This document shows positions 37,865 to 47,987 of a stretch of DNA of 64,000 bases, one piece after another. The notes beneath the pieces were generated by a model. It was not told where the DNA came from. It saw nothing but the letters and a program-made list of their open reading frames with translations, and made no database searches. The translations under genes were made by a program, and so were the position numbers. The number at the start of each line of letters is the position of its first letter. The stretch's first letter is position 1. Location of the stretch: positions 1-64,000 of the IMG/VR virus record IMGVR_UViG_3300033816_000828, one strand, 5' to 3'. Source of the stretch: a virus.

Positions 37865-40800
37865 TTATGGACTACCAGTACTAACCTGACTAATATCAAT
37901 TACTGCCACCCAACGTATAGTTTTGCCACTTATTCCAGTAACATTTATGTCGAGTGTTTCAGTGGTATCATTAGCAACAACTGTTATATTTGCTGAACTA
38001 AGAGAGCTTTCCGCAAAACTTTCAGTAATTAACCCACCAATTAATGATGTTTGAGCCGATGCATTTCTTCTTATTCCTCCTCTGAATATCCACCACCCTC
38101 CCTCGTTATCAGTATCATTATATGCGCTGACTTTAATTTCGAATGTCCATGTTGTTTTGGGTGGAACCGTTATTGGTCTTAATGAGCCATCAAGATATAG
38201 TAACGCCGGTGTATTTGTATTAGTGCTTCTACGAGCCACTAAAATCATATGTTGTGCATCTCCGTTAGCAGCAAATTTGCCAGCGGCGTGACATAATGCT
38301 CCATAATGACTAGTTTTGCCATTAAAACCTCCGGGTATAGTAGCATAATTACTATTATAGGATTCATTTTGATATCCTCCGCCTATAGTATTGTGTGATG
38401 CATACCAGTGTATGTAATTGCTTTGTCCACCACCAATCGAACTGTATGGAGAATAATCTTCTACTATATTCGAACTACCTCCAGCTATAGTATTGGCGCT
38501 GGAATTAGCGCTATTTTGTTCACCACCACCAATAACAGTGTATGTTCCCCCAGCATAATTATTAATGCCACCAACTACCACATTATAATTACTTGTAGTC
38601 TCATTATCATCACCACCACCAATAAATGAATAGGATCCATCTGATATGTTATTTGCTCCGCCACAAATTACACTATAGTCTCCTTTAGCAACCATGGTTC
38701 CTGTTGATCGTACAGTTTGCCAATCATTAGCATATTCACCCCTAACATTTCCACCGCTATCTCTCTGTATGGATCCTATACCAGAAGGTTGAATAATTAT
38801 ATTTCCATTAGAATTTTGACTACTAATAGTATTACCGTCTAACCTCAAATTATCGATATCAATAATTCCACTAACCGCTAGTATAGTTCCGTCAAATGTT
38901 AAATTGGTTTCGGCATTAATTTCATTAGATGTTCCAGTACTAGTCAACACCCGATTATCTGTATAATTTGTTATTATTATTCCGCCACTAGATGCTATGG
39001 TATAGATTCCACTATTTGTAGATACTAATATCCCACTACCAGAAACAATATCTTTAACTGGTAATAAACCACTAACAGAATTACTAAAATCTGTAATATC
39101 GGCAGAAATGTGGTTATGGATAGAGTTAGCATAACTTCCGCTGGGTTGTAGACCAGTAACACTTATCGTATAGATATTATTAACGAATGATGTTGTGACA
39201 TATCCACTACCACTAATACTAGGTAACAGACCACTAACACTACTATTGAAGTCAGTAATATTACTACTAGTATGAGTATGTCCATTTAGACTAACACCAG
39301 TACCATTAACATTTAATGATGTAAAACTACCACTAGCAGCACTTAATAATCCACTGCTAATTGTTAAACCATTAGTAAAAGTATGAACAGCATCAATAGA
39401 ACGAGCCTCATTGATATGAATATATTGATAGTGGTCATCATCACCTAATCCGAATAAGTTGCCGTGATCATTTTGACTAACACCATAAGTTGCCGTAATA
39501 ATACTTTTGCGTAAATCTAAGATACTTTGTAAACTACTCTTGGGAGTATTGGTAAATGTATCATTAGTAACAAAGATTAATCTGTATAATGGTCTTAATT
39601 CATTTGTTGGAATATTTGTGAGATTAATATCACTCCAATTATTATTATTCTCAGCGGACTGTAAGCTACTATCTTCTCGTTGACCCATAATAGCTAATAT
39701 AGGATCATTAATATCATTAGTACCAACAATCCACATGGCAAAGTATCTATTATTAGTAACATTTGGTGTTGTCCATGTTCCACCAGAATATAAATTATAC
39801 AATGCTCTAGTACCATTATATTTTAATGGATATGTTGTCGCGACATCTCTCACCCACTGTCCAGTAGATCCAAGATGATAATAAACTGGAATATAAGCTA
39901 TTGGATTTAGCTGTTGAATAAATGCTCCAGCGCCTGTTCCATTGGTGATATTAATAATAATATCTTCTTGATAAAGAGTACCATCACTAATATCAATTTG
40001 AGCATGGCTGTTAGAGCTTCCATTGCCAAGAAGAGTATATCCACCAATACTTAATCCGTCAATATATTGCATACCGAAAGTGTTATGTATCCACTTATGG
40101 GTGCTACTATCCATTCGTATGCCGTGACGCTCTTCACCAAAGAATGTGCTTTGATTAATGTCGCTATTCCAATGAATATAGGCGATTGGAACGTCGGTAT
40201 CAAAATTAAAGCCTGTGGTTTTATTGCTTAACAATCCAGTACTAGTATCAAAATGAAGATAATTTAGTGCTGTGCCGCTTCCTATAACAATGCTTTCACC
40301 CAATGTTTTGGTAACTTTAACGCCTTCAATATAAATATCATAACTAGAACCCGTAGGAGCAATTGTAAATGTTCTTGAAGAATCATCAAAAGTTATAACA
40401 CTATCAACTCTATTAACAAATCCTTGAGGTTCTAAACTAAGCTCATTAATTTGAGTATGAAGATTATCTAATGTTAAGGTGTTAGCGGCGTCATTATAGG
40501 TTAATTGAACACCTGTTCCGGCCACTAAAAAACCACTACCCAAATTATCTTGAATAGTTTCTAGAATTACACCACTAACATCAGCATTAATGGTATAAAC
40601 ACCACTAGTTGATGATACGGCTATTCCGCTACCAGCAATTATATCCTTAACTGGCAGTAGTCCACTAACACTACTATTAAAATCTGTAATATCTGTACTA
40701 ACATGAACGTGTTCACTAGGATAACGACTAAGTTCAACGTATGGACCAATTAAATTATACACTCTAACATGGCCACTATCATAATCAGTATTACCATCAT

Positions 40801-42403
40801 TGAAAATAGCTCCTATAGCTAAAATATTACCATCGCTATTTAAGCTGACGCTGATCCCACTATTATCATTAGCTGCTTCGCCATCAATATCGCTTGCCAA
40901 TTGAATCCATGAGCTTCCATCCCAATAGTATACTCTAACATGGCCACTGTCGGCGCCATTATCATCATTACCATTTGCGCCAACTGCTAGAATATTACCA
41001 TCACTATTTAAACTAACACTATATCCGCTAGTATCATTAGCAGCTTCACCATCAATATCATTTCCTCGCTGAATCCATGAGCTTCCATTCCAAGCATAAA
41101 CTCTAACGTGACCACTATTGCTACCATTACCATCATTATAGATAGCTCCTATAGCTAAAATATTGCCATTGCTATTTAAACTAACGCTATACCCACTAAA
41201 ATCATTAGTTGCTTCACCGTCTATATCGCTTCCTCGTTGAACCCACAAAATACCGTTCCAAACATATACTCTAACATGGCCACTATTACTACCGTTATCA
41301 TCATTGCGAGTTGCCCCTATCGCCAAAATATTGCCATCACTACTCAAACTAACACTATATCCACTCAAATCATCCGCTGCTTCGCCATCAATATCTACTC
41401 CTAGTTGAATCCATGAACTTCCGTTCCAGCTATATACTCTAACATGACCACTATTACTTCCATTACCATCATTAAAATATGCTCCTATAGCTAGAATATC
41501 ACCATCACTATTTAAATTAACACTAATACCACTATAATCACCAATAGCTTCACCATCAATGTCTGTGCCTAATTGAGTCCATATAGTTCCATTCCAAGAA
41601 TAAACCCTAACATGACCTGTGTTAGTATTATTGCCATATGCTCCTATGGCTAAAATATTGCCATCATTATTTAAAGCAACACTATATCCACTATAATTGT
41701 AAGAGGCTTCTCCATCGATATCGCTTCCTCGTTGAATCCATGAATTACCATTCCAAACATATACTCTAACATTACCACTATCATTACCATTATCATCATT
41801 ATCAGGCGCACCAACAGCTAATATGGTACCATTACTATTTAAACTAACTGACGCACCACTAAAATCGCCAGCCGATTGACCATCTATATCATTTCCCAAC
41901 TGAACAGAATATGGCGATGAAACATATCGATAAATTTTATTGGTATCTAATGTAACATATATTGTACCACTAGTTCCAACCGTTGCTAACAATGCTCCAT
42001 AATCAGCAACTTCTACTACATCATTAACACCGTCCAAAGCATTTTGTAATCCAGAAACATCAGAAATAATATGACTATGACCATCAAAACTAACACCACT
42101 AGTACTAATAGTTAAACTATTTGCTAAATCGTTATAATTAATATTAATACCAGTTCCAGCAACTAAAAAACCATCTCCTAAAATATCTTCAATATCTTCA
42201 GGATCAATAGTAGCACCCGCATTAAAGTAAGCTAAACTATTCCATGGAGTACTTCCATCTCCAATTTTTAATTTACCAGTATCTTTTTCATATCCTGGTT
42301 CACCCAATCGTAAAACTTCACCACCGGGTTGAGGTTCACTTGCTGTCCATTCTGCTGCTGTTCCACGACGTAATCTAATAATACCATGTTTGTTGTTTGA
42401 CAT
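37865..42403 (-). CDS. Long mosaic tail fibre (Mtd/hyaluronidase-like N-terminus, FG-GAP propeller, HxH repeats, beta-roll)
   Basis: IRLRRGTAAEW...GEPGYEKDTGKLKIGDG..WNSL.Y; seven DIDGEA..D.SG.SVSL..DG.ILAIGA...SGHVRVY repeats. Confidence 0.85.
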   Translation of the reverse strand: MSNNKHGIIRLRRGTAAEWTASEPQPGGEVLRLGEPGYEKDTGKLKIGDGSTPWNSLAYFNAGATIDPEDIEDILGDGFLVAGTGININYNDLANSLTISTSGVSFDGHSHIISDVSGLQNALDGVNDVVEVADYGALLATVGTSGTIYVTLDTNKIYRYVSSPYSVQLGNDIDGQSAGDFSGASVSLNSNGTILAVGAPDNDDNGNDSGNVRVYVWNGNSWIQRGSDIDGEASYNYSGYSVALNNDGNILAIGAYGNNTNTGHVRVYSWNGTIWTQLGTDIDGEAIGDYSGISVNLNSDGDILAIGAYFNDGNGSNSGHVRVYSWNGSSWIQLGVDIDGEAADDLSGYSVSLSSDGNILAIGATRNDDNGSNSGHVRVYVWNGILWVQRGSDIDGEATNDFSGYSVSLNSNGNILAIGAIYNDGNGSNSGHVRVYAWNGSSWIQRGNDIDGEAANDTSGYSVSLNSDGNILAVGANGNDDNGADSGHVRVYYWDGSSWIQLASDIDGEAANDNSGISVSLNSDGNILAIGAIFNDGNTDYDSGHVRVYNLIGPYVELSRYPSEHVHVSTDITDFNSSVSGLLPVKDIIAGSGIAVSSTSGVYTINADVSGVILETIQDNLGSGFLVAGTGVQLTYNDAANTLTLDNLHTQINELSLEPQGFVNRVDSVITFDDSSRTFTIAPTGSSYDIYIEGVKVTKTLGESIVIGSGTALNYLHFDTSTGLLSNKTTGFNFDTDVPIAYIHWNSDINQSTFFGEERHGIRMDSSTHKWIHNTFGMQYIDGLSIGGYTLLGNGSSNSHAQIDISDGTLYQEDIIINITNGTGAGAFIQQLNPIAYIPVYYHLGSTGQWVRDVATTYPLKYNGTRALYNLYSGGTWTTPNVTNNRYFAMWIVGTNDINDPILAIMGQREDSSLQSAENNNNWSDINLTNIPTNELRPLYRLIFVTNDTFTNTPKSSLQSILDLRKSIITATYGVSQNDHGNLFGLGDDDHYQYIHINEARSIDAVHTFTNGLTISSGLLSAASGSFTSLNVNGTGVSLNGHTHTSSNITDFNSSVSGLLPSISGSGYVTTSFVNNIYTISVTGLQPSGSYANSIHNHISADITDFSNSVSGLLPVKDIVSGSGILVSTNSGIYTIASSGGIIITNYTDNRVLTSTGTSNEINAETNLTFDGTILAVSGIIDIDNLRLDGNTISSQNSNGNIIIQPSGIGSIQRDSGGNVRGEYANDWQTVRSTGTMVAKGDYSVICGGANNISDGSYSFIGGGDDNETTSNYNVVVGGINNYAGGTYTVIGGGEQNSANSSANTIAGGSSNIVEDYSPYSSIGGGQSNYIHWYASHNTIGGGYQNESYNSNYATIPGGFNGKTSHYGALCHAAGKFAANGDAQHMILVARRSTNTNTPALLYLDGSLRPITVPPKTTWTFEIKVSAYNDTDNEGGWWIFRGGIRRNASAQTSLIGGLITESFAESSLSSANITVVANDTTETLDINVTGISGKTIRWVAVIDISQVSTGSP
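40750..41905 (-). repeat. Seven imperfect FG-GAP-type repeats of about 55 aa (beta-propeller)
   Basis: Repeat visible in both protein and DNA (recurring actctaacatg.ccacta). Confidence 0.85.
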
Positions 42404-42404
42404 A

Positions 42405-42725
42405 TTATGTTCTTTCTATTCTATCTTCTAAGGCTTCTAATGTTTTACCTAAGGTTGCTATTTGAACTTTTAATTCATTCATCACATCAGTATTTCTTTG
42501 TAGTGCTGATGCAAAAGCTGCCTGTGTTTCTTTATTACTAGCTAATCTTTCCATAATAAATTGACGATCAATAAGATATGGACTATCATTTTTAACAATT
42601 TCTAATACTTCACTTTTGGTTACCATTTTTCGGCCTATTGTTACCCAAAATCCTAACATCGTAACAATTATACCAATACTGGTTGTTGCAATATTTTCCC
42701 AAAAATGAATAATAGTATCACTCAT
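42405..42725 (-). CDS. Single-TM coiled-coil hypothetical protein
   Basis: TM segment IGIIVTMLGFWVTI followed by a heptad-like C-terminus. Confidence 0.6.
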   Translation of the reverse strand: MSDTIIHFWENIATTSIGIIVTMLGFWVTIGRKMVTKSEVLEIVKNDSPYLIDRQFIMERLASNKETQAAFASALQRNTDVMNELKVQIATLGKTLEALEDRIERT

Positions 42726-42742
42726 AGATAGTGTCTTTCTGT

Positions 42743-42784
42743 AAAAAAATATAAGCTAGCGATATATTTACCACTAACTTATAT
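42743..42784 (-). terminator. Long hairpin plus T run (intrinsic terminator)
   Basis: Minus strand ATATAAGTTAGTGGTA-loop-TATCGCTAGCTTATAT-TTTTTT. Confidence 0.6.
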
Positions 42785-42818
42785 TACACTAAACTTTTAA
42801 TTGAGTATCAGAAATTGA

Positions 42819-43406
42819 TCAGCCGGTTTTCTTTTTATAAGCATCCGTAACAATCTCAGGACTAGATGTTTTATATGTTAATTCACCAGGAACATCTCGT
42901 GTTGGACGAGCAGCATCATCTTGACTAAATGTATCAATAGCAACAACAGGATAACCAACATCAAATTCCCCACTATATTCATTCCAGTGACCTTCTCTAA
43001 TAGCTGTTGTTAAGCGACGAGTTCTAACTCCGTCGTTACAGCCCATTCCACAAGCTTTAATATAATGAATACTTTGGATTAGGTCTGGTTGTGATGCTCC
43101 ACTTAATAGAACACTATTTGCTGATCCATTAAGTTCTGTTGTTACTTTTTTAGCAATTGGACCGGGATTATTATAGGCTAATATGCCACCACCGTAAACT
43201 TTTTCGATATCGTTTGTATCAACAACTGATGAACCAAACACACCAGCATCGTATCGTGATACACTAACGCCATCTAAAAGATTGGTATTTGAAGCTTTGG
43301 CAACTGAACCACCATTACCACCAGCACCACTACCACTAACATTTGGAGGTACTGTATTATAAGGACTACCATCGGTTTTGACTGCGACTACTTGTGAAAT
43401 GGCCAT
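42819..43406 (-). CDS. Hypothetical protein, probably structural
   Basis: Gly/Ser-rich 195-aa ORF with GGAG RBS and an upstream GGTGTA motif. Confidence 0.6.
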   Translation of the reverse strand: MAISQVVAVKTDGSPYNTVPPNVSGSGAGGNGGSVAKASNTNLLDGVSVSRYDAGVFGSSVVDTNDIEKVYGGGILAYNNPGPIAKKVTTELNGSANSVLLSGASQPDLIQSIHYIKACGMGCNDGVRTRRLTTAIREGHWNEYSGEFDVGYPVVAIDTFSQDDAARPTRDVPGELTYKTSSPEIVTDAYKKKTG

Positions 43407-43449
43407 TTTATTTCTCCATATTATATTAGTAAAAAGATCAATATTCTTT

Positions 43450-43455
43450 TACACC
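43450..43455 (-). promoter_or_regulatory. GGTGTA phage promoter-like motif
   Basis: GGTGTAAAAGAATAT upstream of the 43406 start. Confidence 0.5.
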
Positions 43456-43486
43456 AAATTTAAATGATATTTTATTTATTATTATA

Positions 43487-44170
43487 TCAAGGTTCAGGTG
43501 TTGGGGTTGGCGTAGGAGTTGTATATGTTGGCGTAGGAGTTGTATATGTTGGCGTAGGAGTTGTATATGTTGGCGTAGTGTTGTAACAGGGATCAACACC
43601 TGTTTCTTCCAAACATTGTGAATATCCTTCACATAGCTGTTGTGTAAAAGGTACGCACGATACCGTCGTTGTTCCTGTCTCGCATTCGCCGGGGCCTATT
43701 ATAGGATCAGTGGTTACACATTCAGAACAATCATCAACAACACGATAACGATAATACCATTGAGAGCGAGCGGCCGCTGCTCCTGTCTCACGAAATGGTT
43801 CGGACGAATTATAACACGCTGTTCCAGGATAATTAATATGATCTTGAAAAATACCAGAAGTACCAACACATCCACCAAAAGTGTCACCAACAACATAAAG
43901 AGTTCCGTATGGCTGTTCAGACGGAACAAGCTCTGAAGTCATAGGACTAGCATTTCCTCCTTCTGTCCATGTTACGTTATAATAACCATCTACTTTCTCA
44001 GTGCATAGGAAGCGATTATAAGAATCGCATATGCACGGATTGATTGTTGGTGTTGGTGTAGTTGGCGTAGGTGTTGGCGTGGTCGGTTCAAAAATAACAC
44101 ATTCTTCACAAACATTATCTATTATTCTACGATTAAATCGATTATAATTTATTATTAATCTTTTAGACAT
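43487..44170 (-). CDS. Cys-rich protein with mucin-like TP repeats; paralog of 3858..4373
   Basis: PTTPTPTPTTPTPT near the N-terminus; repeated TTPTPTY at the C-terminus; many Cys. Confidence 0.75.
   Translation of the reverse strand: MSKRLIINYNRFNRRIIDNVCEECVIFEPTTPTPTPTTPTPTINPCICDSYNRFLCTEKVDGYYNVTWTEGGNASPMTSELVPSEQPYGTLYVVGDTFGGCVGTSGIFQDHINYPGTACYNSSEPFRETGAAAARSQWYYRYRVVDDCSECVTTDPIIGPGECETGTTTVSCVPFTQQLCEGYSQCLEETGVDPCYNTTPTYTTPTPTYTTPTPTYTTPTPTPTPEP
43506..43578. repeat. Perfect 21-nt tandem repeat, about 3.5 copies
   Basis: GTTGGCGTAGGAGTTGTATAT at 43506, 43527, 43548, plus a partial copy at 43569. Confidence 0.95.
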
Positions 44171-44192
44171 AATATTTATTCATCATATTTTT

Positions 44193-46034
44193 TTAAAATG
44201 GATTATCTAATGCTTGTAATATAAATTTTTTATTTATACTCTCTTCTAAACCATCAGCTTCTGCTTGTTCATCAAATAAAATAACTGGATATAAATATTT
44301 TGATGGTGCTATTCCGCCAACATTTGTTGCGCTATTAATTTGACCAAGATCAATAACCTGATTTATATTGTATACATTCCCACTTGCCGGTATCAAATCA
44401 CCATTACCAGAAACAACAAATCCTGGAGCATGATTATAATTTTCACCGCCATTATACCAACATGCCCACCCTTTTTCAGATCTTGGAGGTTTATCATTAC
44501 TTTGTATAATGACTTCTTTCATTAATGCCATATCATCAAGAATTAGATCCGGTGCTGATTCATTGTTTGGCATTACACTAGTTATTGCGCCAGGAGCATT
44601 TGGAACATAAAATGCAGGACTTATTGAACGTCCAGACCTGATTGGTCTGGCATAAGTATTAGCACTATTCGCATCTCTGCCTTTTAAAGTATAAGGCAAC
44701 ATCATTAATCTATTATATGAATCTGTAAAGCCAGGATCGGTTGCATTCTCATTAGGTTCAAAATATATTCTTAATGTTCTGTTAATTGGCTTGCCACCCA
44801 CTATAACTGCATATGTTAAATTTATATAATCTATATAACAATCATATTTATAGTCTATATTATCAACTTCATATCTGTATCCTTGTGGACACGGACATCC
44901 GTCTTTACATTTAAAATTAGCTGTACCATGAATTTTATTAATAAGATTTTGTAACGTATTAGCTGTTTCTACAATTTTATTATCAATACTTGTGGTTGAA
45001 TCCTTAATATAGTCATTAATAGTAAAATTATATGAAAATTTATCTGCTAGTGATCTAGCACTAAGACTATTATTAGGAATATCCAATATTTCTGACATAT
45101 GATCGTACATATAATTTATAGTGAATTCTCGTGCTACTTCATTTCGTCTTGCCTGCCACTCTGGCGTGTCAGCACGAATACGTCCTAGTTTGGCATCTTT
45201 CTGTATAGCCTGCTGTAGATCAAGAACGTAACCTGGAGGCATTGTAAGAGTTCCAAGATCATCGGACACATATTCGACTTCTGGAGGTTTATCTTTAAAA
45301 TCAAATACTGATGCACTATAATGATATTTCAGTTTTGTTGTTTCATTTGTTTGATTATTTATTCTATTAATATGAAAAACTATATCAAGACGATCTTTTA
45401 CTTTTATACCAATTCTTACATTTCTTGTGGGTGCGTCCGGATCAGTAAGATTATTAAAACTAAATTTCATAGTGGTATAATGCTCGTCTCCTGGATGACC
45501 ATTAGGATCACCAGAATCAGTTCCAATCATAAAAGGTCCAAAAGTATCAAAAAATAATTGTAATTTACATAAGTCAAAAAAATCAATATTGATACTAGCG
45601 TTAGTTTTTTTATTAATAGCAACCAGCTTTAAATCTGTTAAGTATGTCAATGCACTAAAATCAAAAGTATCTATTTTCCCAGATGATGTTGTAAAGACTA
45701 TTTTAGTAATAGATTTTTCTGTAAACAATTTATATAATACATTATTTAATGGTCCATTGTATTGTAATAATGAAGTGCCAAACACAATAGGATTATAATT
45801 TTTGGCGAATCTTGGAAGCGGTTTCCATAGATCTAAATTACAATCATCATCATTGATTTGTAGTCTTTGAGTTTCTGATGTTCCTTTTGGTGCTTCGTGC
45901 CAAAATTTTACAGTATCATACCTATACTTATCATGTCTTGGTTCATCATCTCCATTCCAGTCTGATCCGTCATTAAGAATGATATTTTTAAGTCTTTTAA
46001 AATCATCCAACTCATTAGTTGTAAAATTTGGCAT
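44193..46034 (-). CDS. Hypothetical protein (613 aa)
   Basis: Long ORF with no recognised motif; contains CKDGCPCP. Confidence 0.65.
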   Translation of the reverse strand: MPNFTTNELDDFKRLKNIILNDGSDWNGDDEPRHDKYRYDTVKFWHEAPKGTSETQRLQINDDDCNLDLWKPLPRFAKNYNPIVFGTSLLQYNGPLNNVLYKLFTEKSITKIVFTTSSGKIDTFDFSALTYLTDLKLVAINKKTNASINIDFFDLCKLQLFFDTFGPFMIGTDSGDPNGHPGDEHYTTMKFSFNNLTDPDAPTRNVRIGIKVKDRLDIVFHINRINNQTNETTKLKYHYSASVFDFKDKPPEVEYVSDDLGTLTMPPGYVLDLQQAIQKDAKLGRIRADTPEWQARRNEVAREFTINYMYDHMSEILDIPNNSLSARSLADKFSYNFTINDYIKDSTTSIDNKIVETANTLQNLINKIHGTANFKCKDGCPCPQGYRYEVDNIDYKYDCYIDYINLTYAVIVGGKPINRTLRIYFEPNENATDPGFTDSYNRLMMLPYTLKGRDANSANTYARPIRSGRSISPAFYVPNAPGAITSVMPNNESAPDLILDDMALMKEVIIQSNDKPPRSEKGWACWYNGGENYNHAPGFVVSGNGDLIPASGNVYNINQVIDLGQINSATNVGGIAPSKYLYPVILFDEQAEADGLEESINKKFILQALDNPF

Positions 46035-46309
46035 TAATAGTATCTCCTAATAGGATAGTTAGGAGCAAAAGTAATTGGTTCATTATTTGCTATTCCAAAA
46101 GATGGATCACTATGAATAATATATGATCTCAGATCATTCATATCCAATACGGTATAATCGTTTTGAATACTGGTATTAATACTTTTATGTAATTTTATTT
46201 GAATATTATTTTCTAGAATTGGTAAAGGATGATCCATAGGATCATTATATATATTATATCTAATAATATTAGAATCTATTGTAAATGAATAGATAGTATG
46301 TATGCTCAT
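46034..46309 (-). CDS. Hypothetical protein
   Basis: 91-aa ORF downstream of a GGTGTA motif. Confidence 0.5.
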   Translation of the reverse strand: MSIHTIYSFTIDSNIIRYNIYNDPMDHPLPILENNIQIKLHKSINTSIQNDYTVLDMNDLRSYIIHSDPSFGIANNEPITFAPNYPIRRYY

Positions 46310-46348
46310 AATTAAATAGTCTTTTTTACTTAATTTAATATTTATATA

Positions 46349-47074
46349 CTACACCGTTTTAAATAGATTATTCCAATTGTCATACGCTACACACTGAATA
46401 TTATTCTTACAGCTATCAGATCGTTGTGTTTTAGAACCAAAACTAGAGCTAGCTGATACTAATTTAGTATTGGAGCAATAAACTTTGAATTTATTAAGAT
46501 TGGCCGATATACTACTATCAATCTGTTTGTTTAATGGAAAAACTGATAATAATTTTTGAGCACCAGACGGTGTGACTATGTATCCGTATGTTCCTGTAAT
46601 CAATCCTGACGGTTTAGCAATAACATCATCTATTGTGACTTTTCTAAATCCTGGAATTTCATTATATCCAATATAGAAAATATCATAAGATAAATTTGGT
46701 AATATGGTATATAGCTTATTAAAAATATTATTAAAATTTTTATGAGGTATAATATCATCTTCAAAAATTAAATATGGATTTTTAGCTTGTGAACATTCTT
46801 CCCAAATTTTTTTATGAGAAAGTGCGCATCCTAAAGATCCGTATGTTAATGATACGCCATAGATTTTTTGTTTTTGAGATGTTATAGATTTACGACCATC
46901 ATTAGTAATAATGCTATCATCAATAGTATTTATATCGATAGTTTTTCCATCCACCCCAACAAATCTTTCACACTTATCCTTAAAAATAGTTTTATTTATT
47001 TGCTGTATAAAAAAAACATTTTTTTTAGTATCACAATCCAAATTTACATAATAGATTTTATCAAAATATAACAT
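46349..47074 (-). CDS. Glycosyltransferase family 25
   Basis: IYYVNLD, RFVGVDG, GSLGCALSH..IW, LIFEDD, GTYGYIVT..GA.KLL, ID. Confidence 0.88.
   Translation of the reverse strand: MLYFDKIYYVNLDCDTKKNVFFIQQINKTIFKDKCERFVGVDGKTIDINTIDDSIITNDGRKSITSQKQKIYGVSLTYGSLGCALSHKKIWEECSQAKNPYLIFEDDIIPHKNFNNIFNKLYTILPNLSYDIFYIGYNEIPGFRKVTIDDVIAKPSGLITGTYGYIVTPSGAQKLLSVFPLNKQIDSSISANLNKFKVYCSNTKLVSASSSFGSKTQRSDSCKNNIQCVAYDNWNNLFKTV
46350..46355 (-). promoter_or_regulatory. GGTGTA phage promoter-like motif
   Basis: GGTGTAGTATATAAA upstream of the 46309 start. Confidence 0.5.
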
Positions 47075-47075
47075 A

Positions 47076-47987
47076 CTATTTAACCAAATTATATACGTAG
47101 ATTTTATCTGTTAATTGTTCTTTTACGAATTCTTCTTTGCCCCAATTGTCCCAATCTATTATAATTTTATTACCAGTTATTTTAAAACTACCATGATCAT
47201 CATTATTAATATTATATAATCGATTATTTCTTTTATTTAAATATATATATGATTGCCATTTGTGACTGCGAAATTGAGCAATGCAGCAGTGTTCATTTTG
47301 AATTGTAGTAACATCTTGATCTAATAAAAAAGCAGAAGATGTATTTTTATTATGTATATTATATGTAAAAGGCTCGAAATCTTCTATAATTTTACTTTTT
47401 AAGTTATGCTGTCTCCAATATGTTCTCCATGAACCGTCTTCAAAATGATGAATTTTTTTAGCTTGTGCCAGTGTTATATTTAAAATAATATCGCAGGCTT
47501 TTCTATTAAAAATATATGTTGGTGGCATTCCAAATTTGATAGAACTTTCGGTGTCAGGCCCCCACACCCCAATAGACCGAATAGAGTCTTTAATTTTATT
47601 ATTATTAATATGATGTTTTGGTATATAAGATAATATATCGCAATCTGATGAGCTATAGTATTCTATAGATTTTTTAATATAGTCTTTATGATATATATCA
47701 TCATCATCAATTTTAATGAATAAATCATAATCTAAACTATTATATGATTTTATAGCATTCAAATAATTAGTATGTTGATCTTTATTACTATTATAGATAA
47801 TTTTTAATCGTTGATCAGATAAGAAATCTTGTAATAGATTATTATATAATAATTTTTCTTGATTAGAATTAATATTAATATTTAATCCATAATGAATATC
47901 AATATATGATTGATGCAATATAGTATTTATGGCATTATATATATAATAAGGTCTATTATAGGATGTAGTAAAGCATAGGATTTTCAT
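47076..47987 (-). CDS. Glycosyltransferase family 2 (GT-A)
   Basis: TSYNRP...I..ILHQSY; IKIDDDDIY; HFED. Confidence 0.8.
   Translation of the reverse strand: MKILCFTTSYNRPYYIYNAINTILHQSYIDIHYGLNININSNQEKLLYNNLLQDFLSDQRLKIIYNSNKDQHTNYLNAIKSYNSLDYDLFIKIDDDDIYHKDYIKKSIEYYSSSDCDILSYIPKHHINNNKIKDSIRSIGVWGPDTESSIKFGMPPTYIFNRKACDIILNITLAQAKKIHHFEDGSWRTYWRQHNLKSKIIEDFEPFTYNIHNKNTSSAFLLDQDVTTIQNEHCCIAQFRSHKWQSYIYLNKRNNRLYNINNDDHGSFKITGNKIIIDWDNWGKEEFVKEQLTDKIYVYNLVK

Noticed and set aside
36603-38700. Diversity-generating retroelement acting on the fibre genes
   Set aside because: No reverse transcriptase in the window, and the two similar regions differ throughout rather than only at adenines
43506-43578. 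CRISPR array
   Set aside because: Repeats are directly adjacent with no spacers and are in frame within a coding sequence
43438-43632. 64-aa ORF with LLRQHIQ repeats
   Set aside because: Alternative-frame reading of the 21-nt tandem repeat
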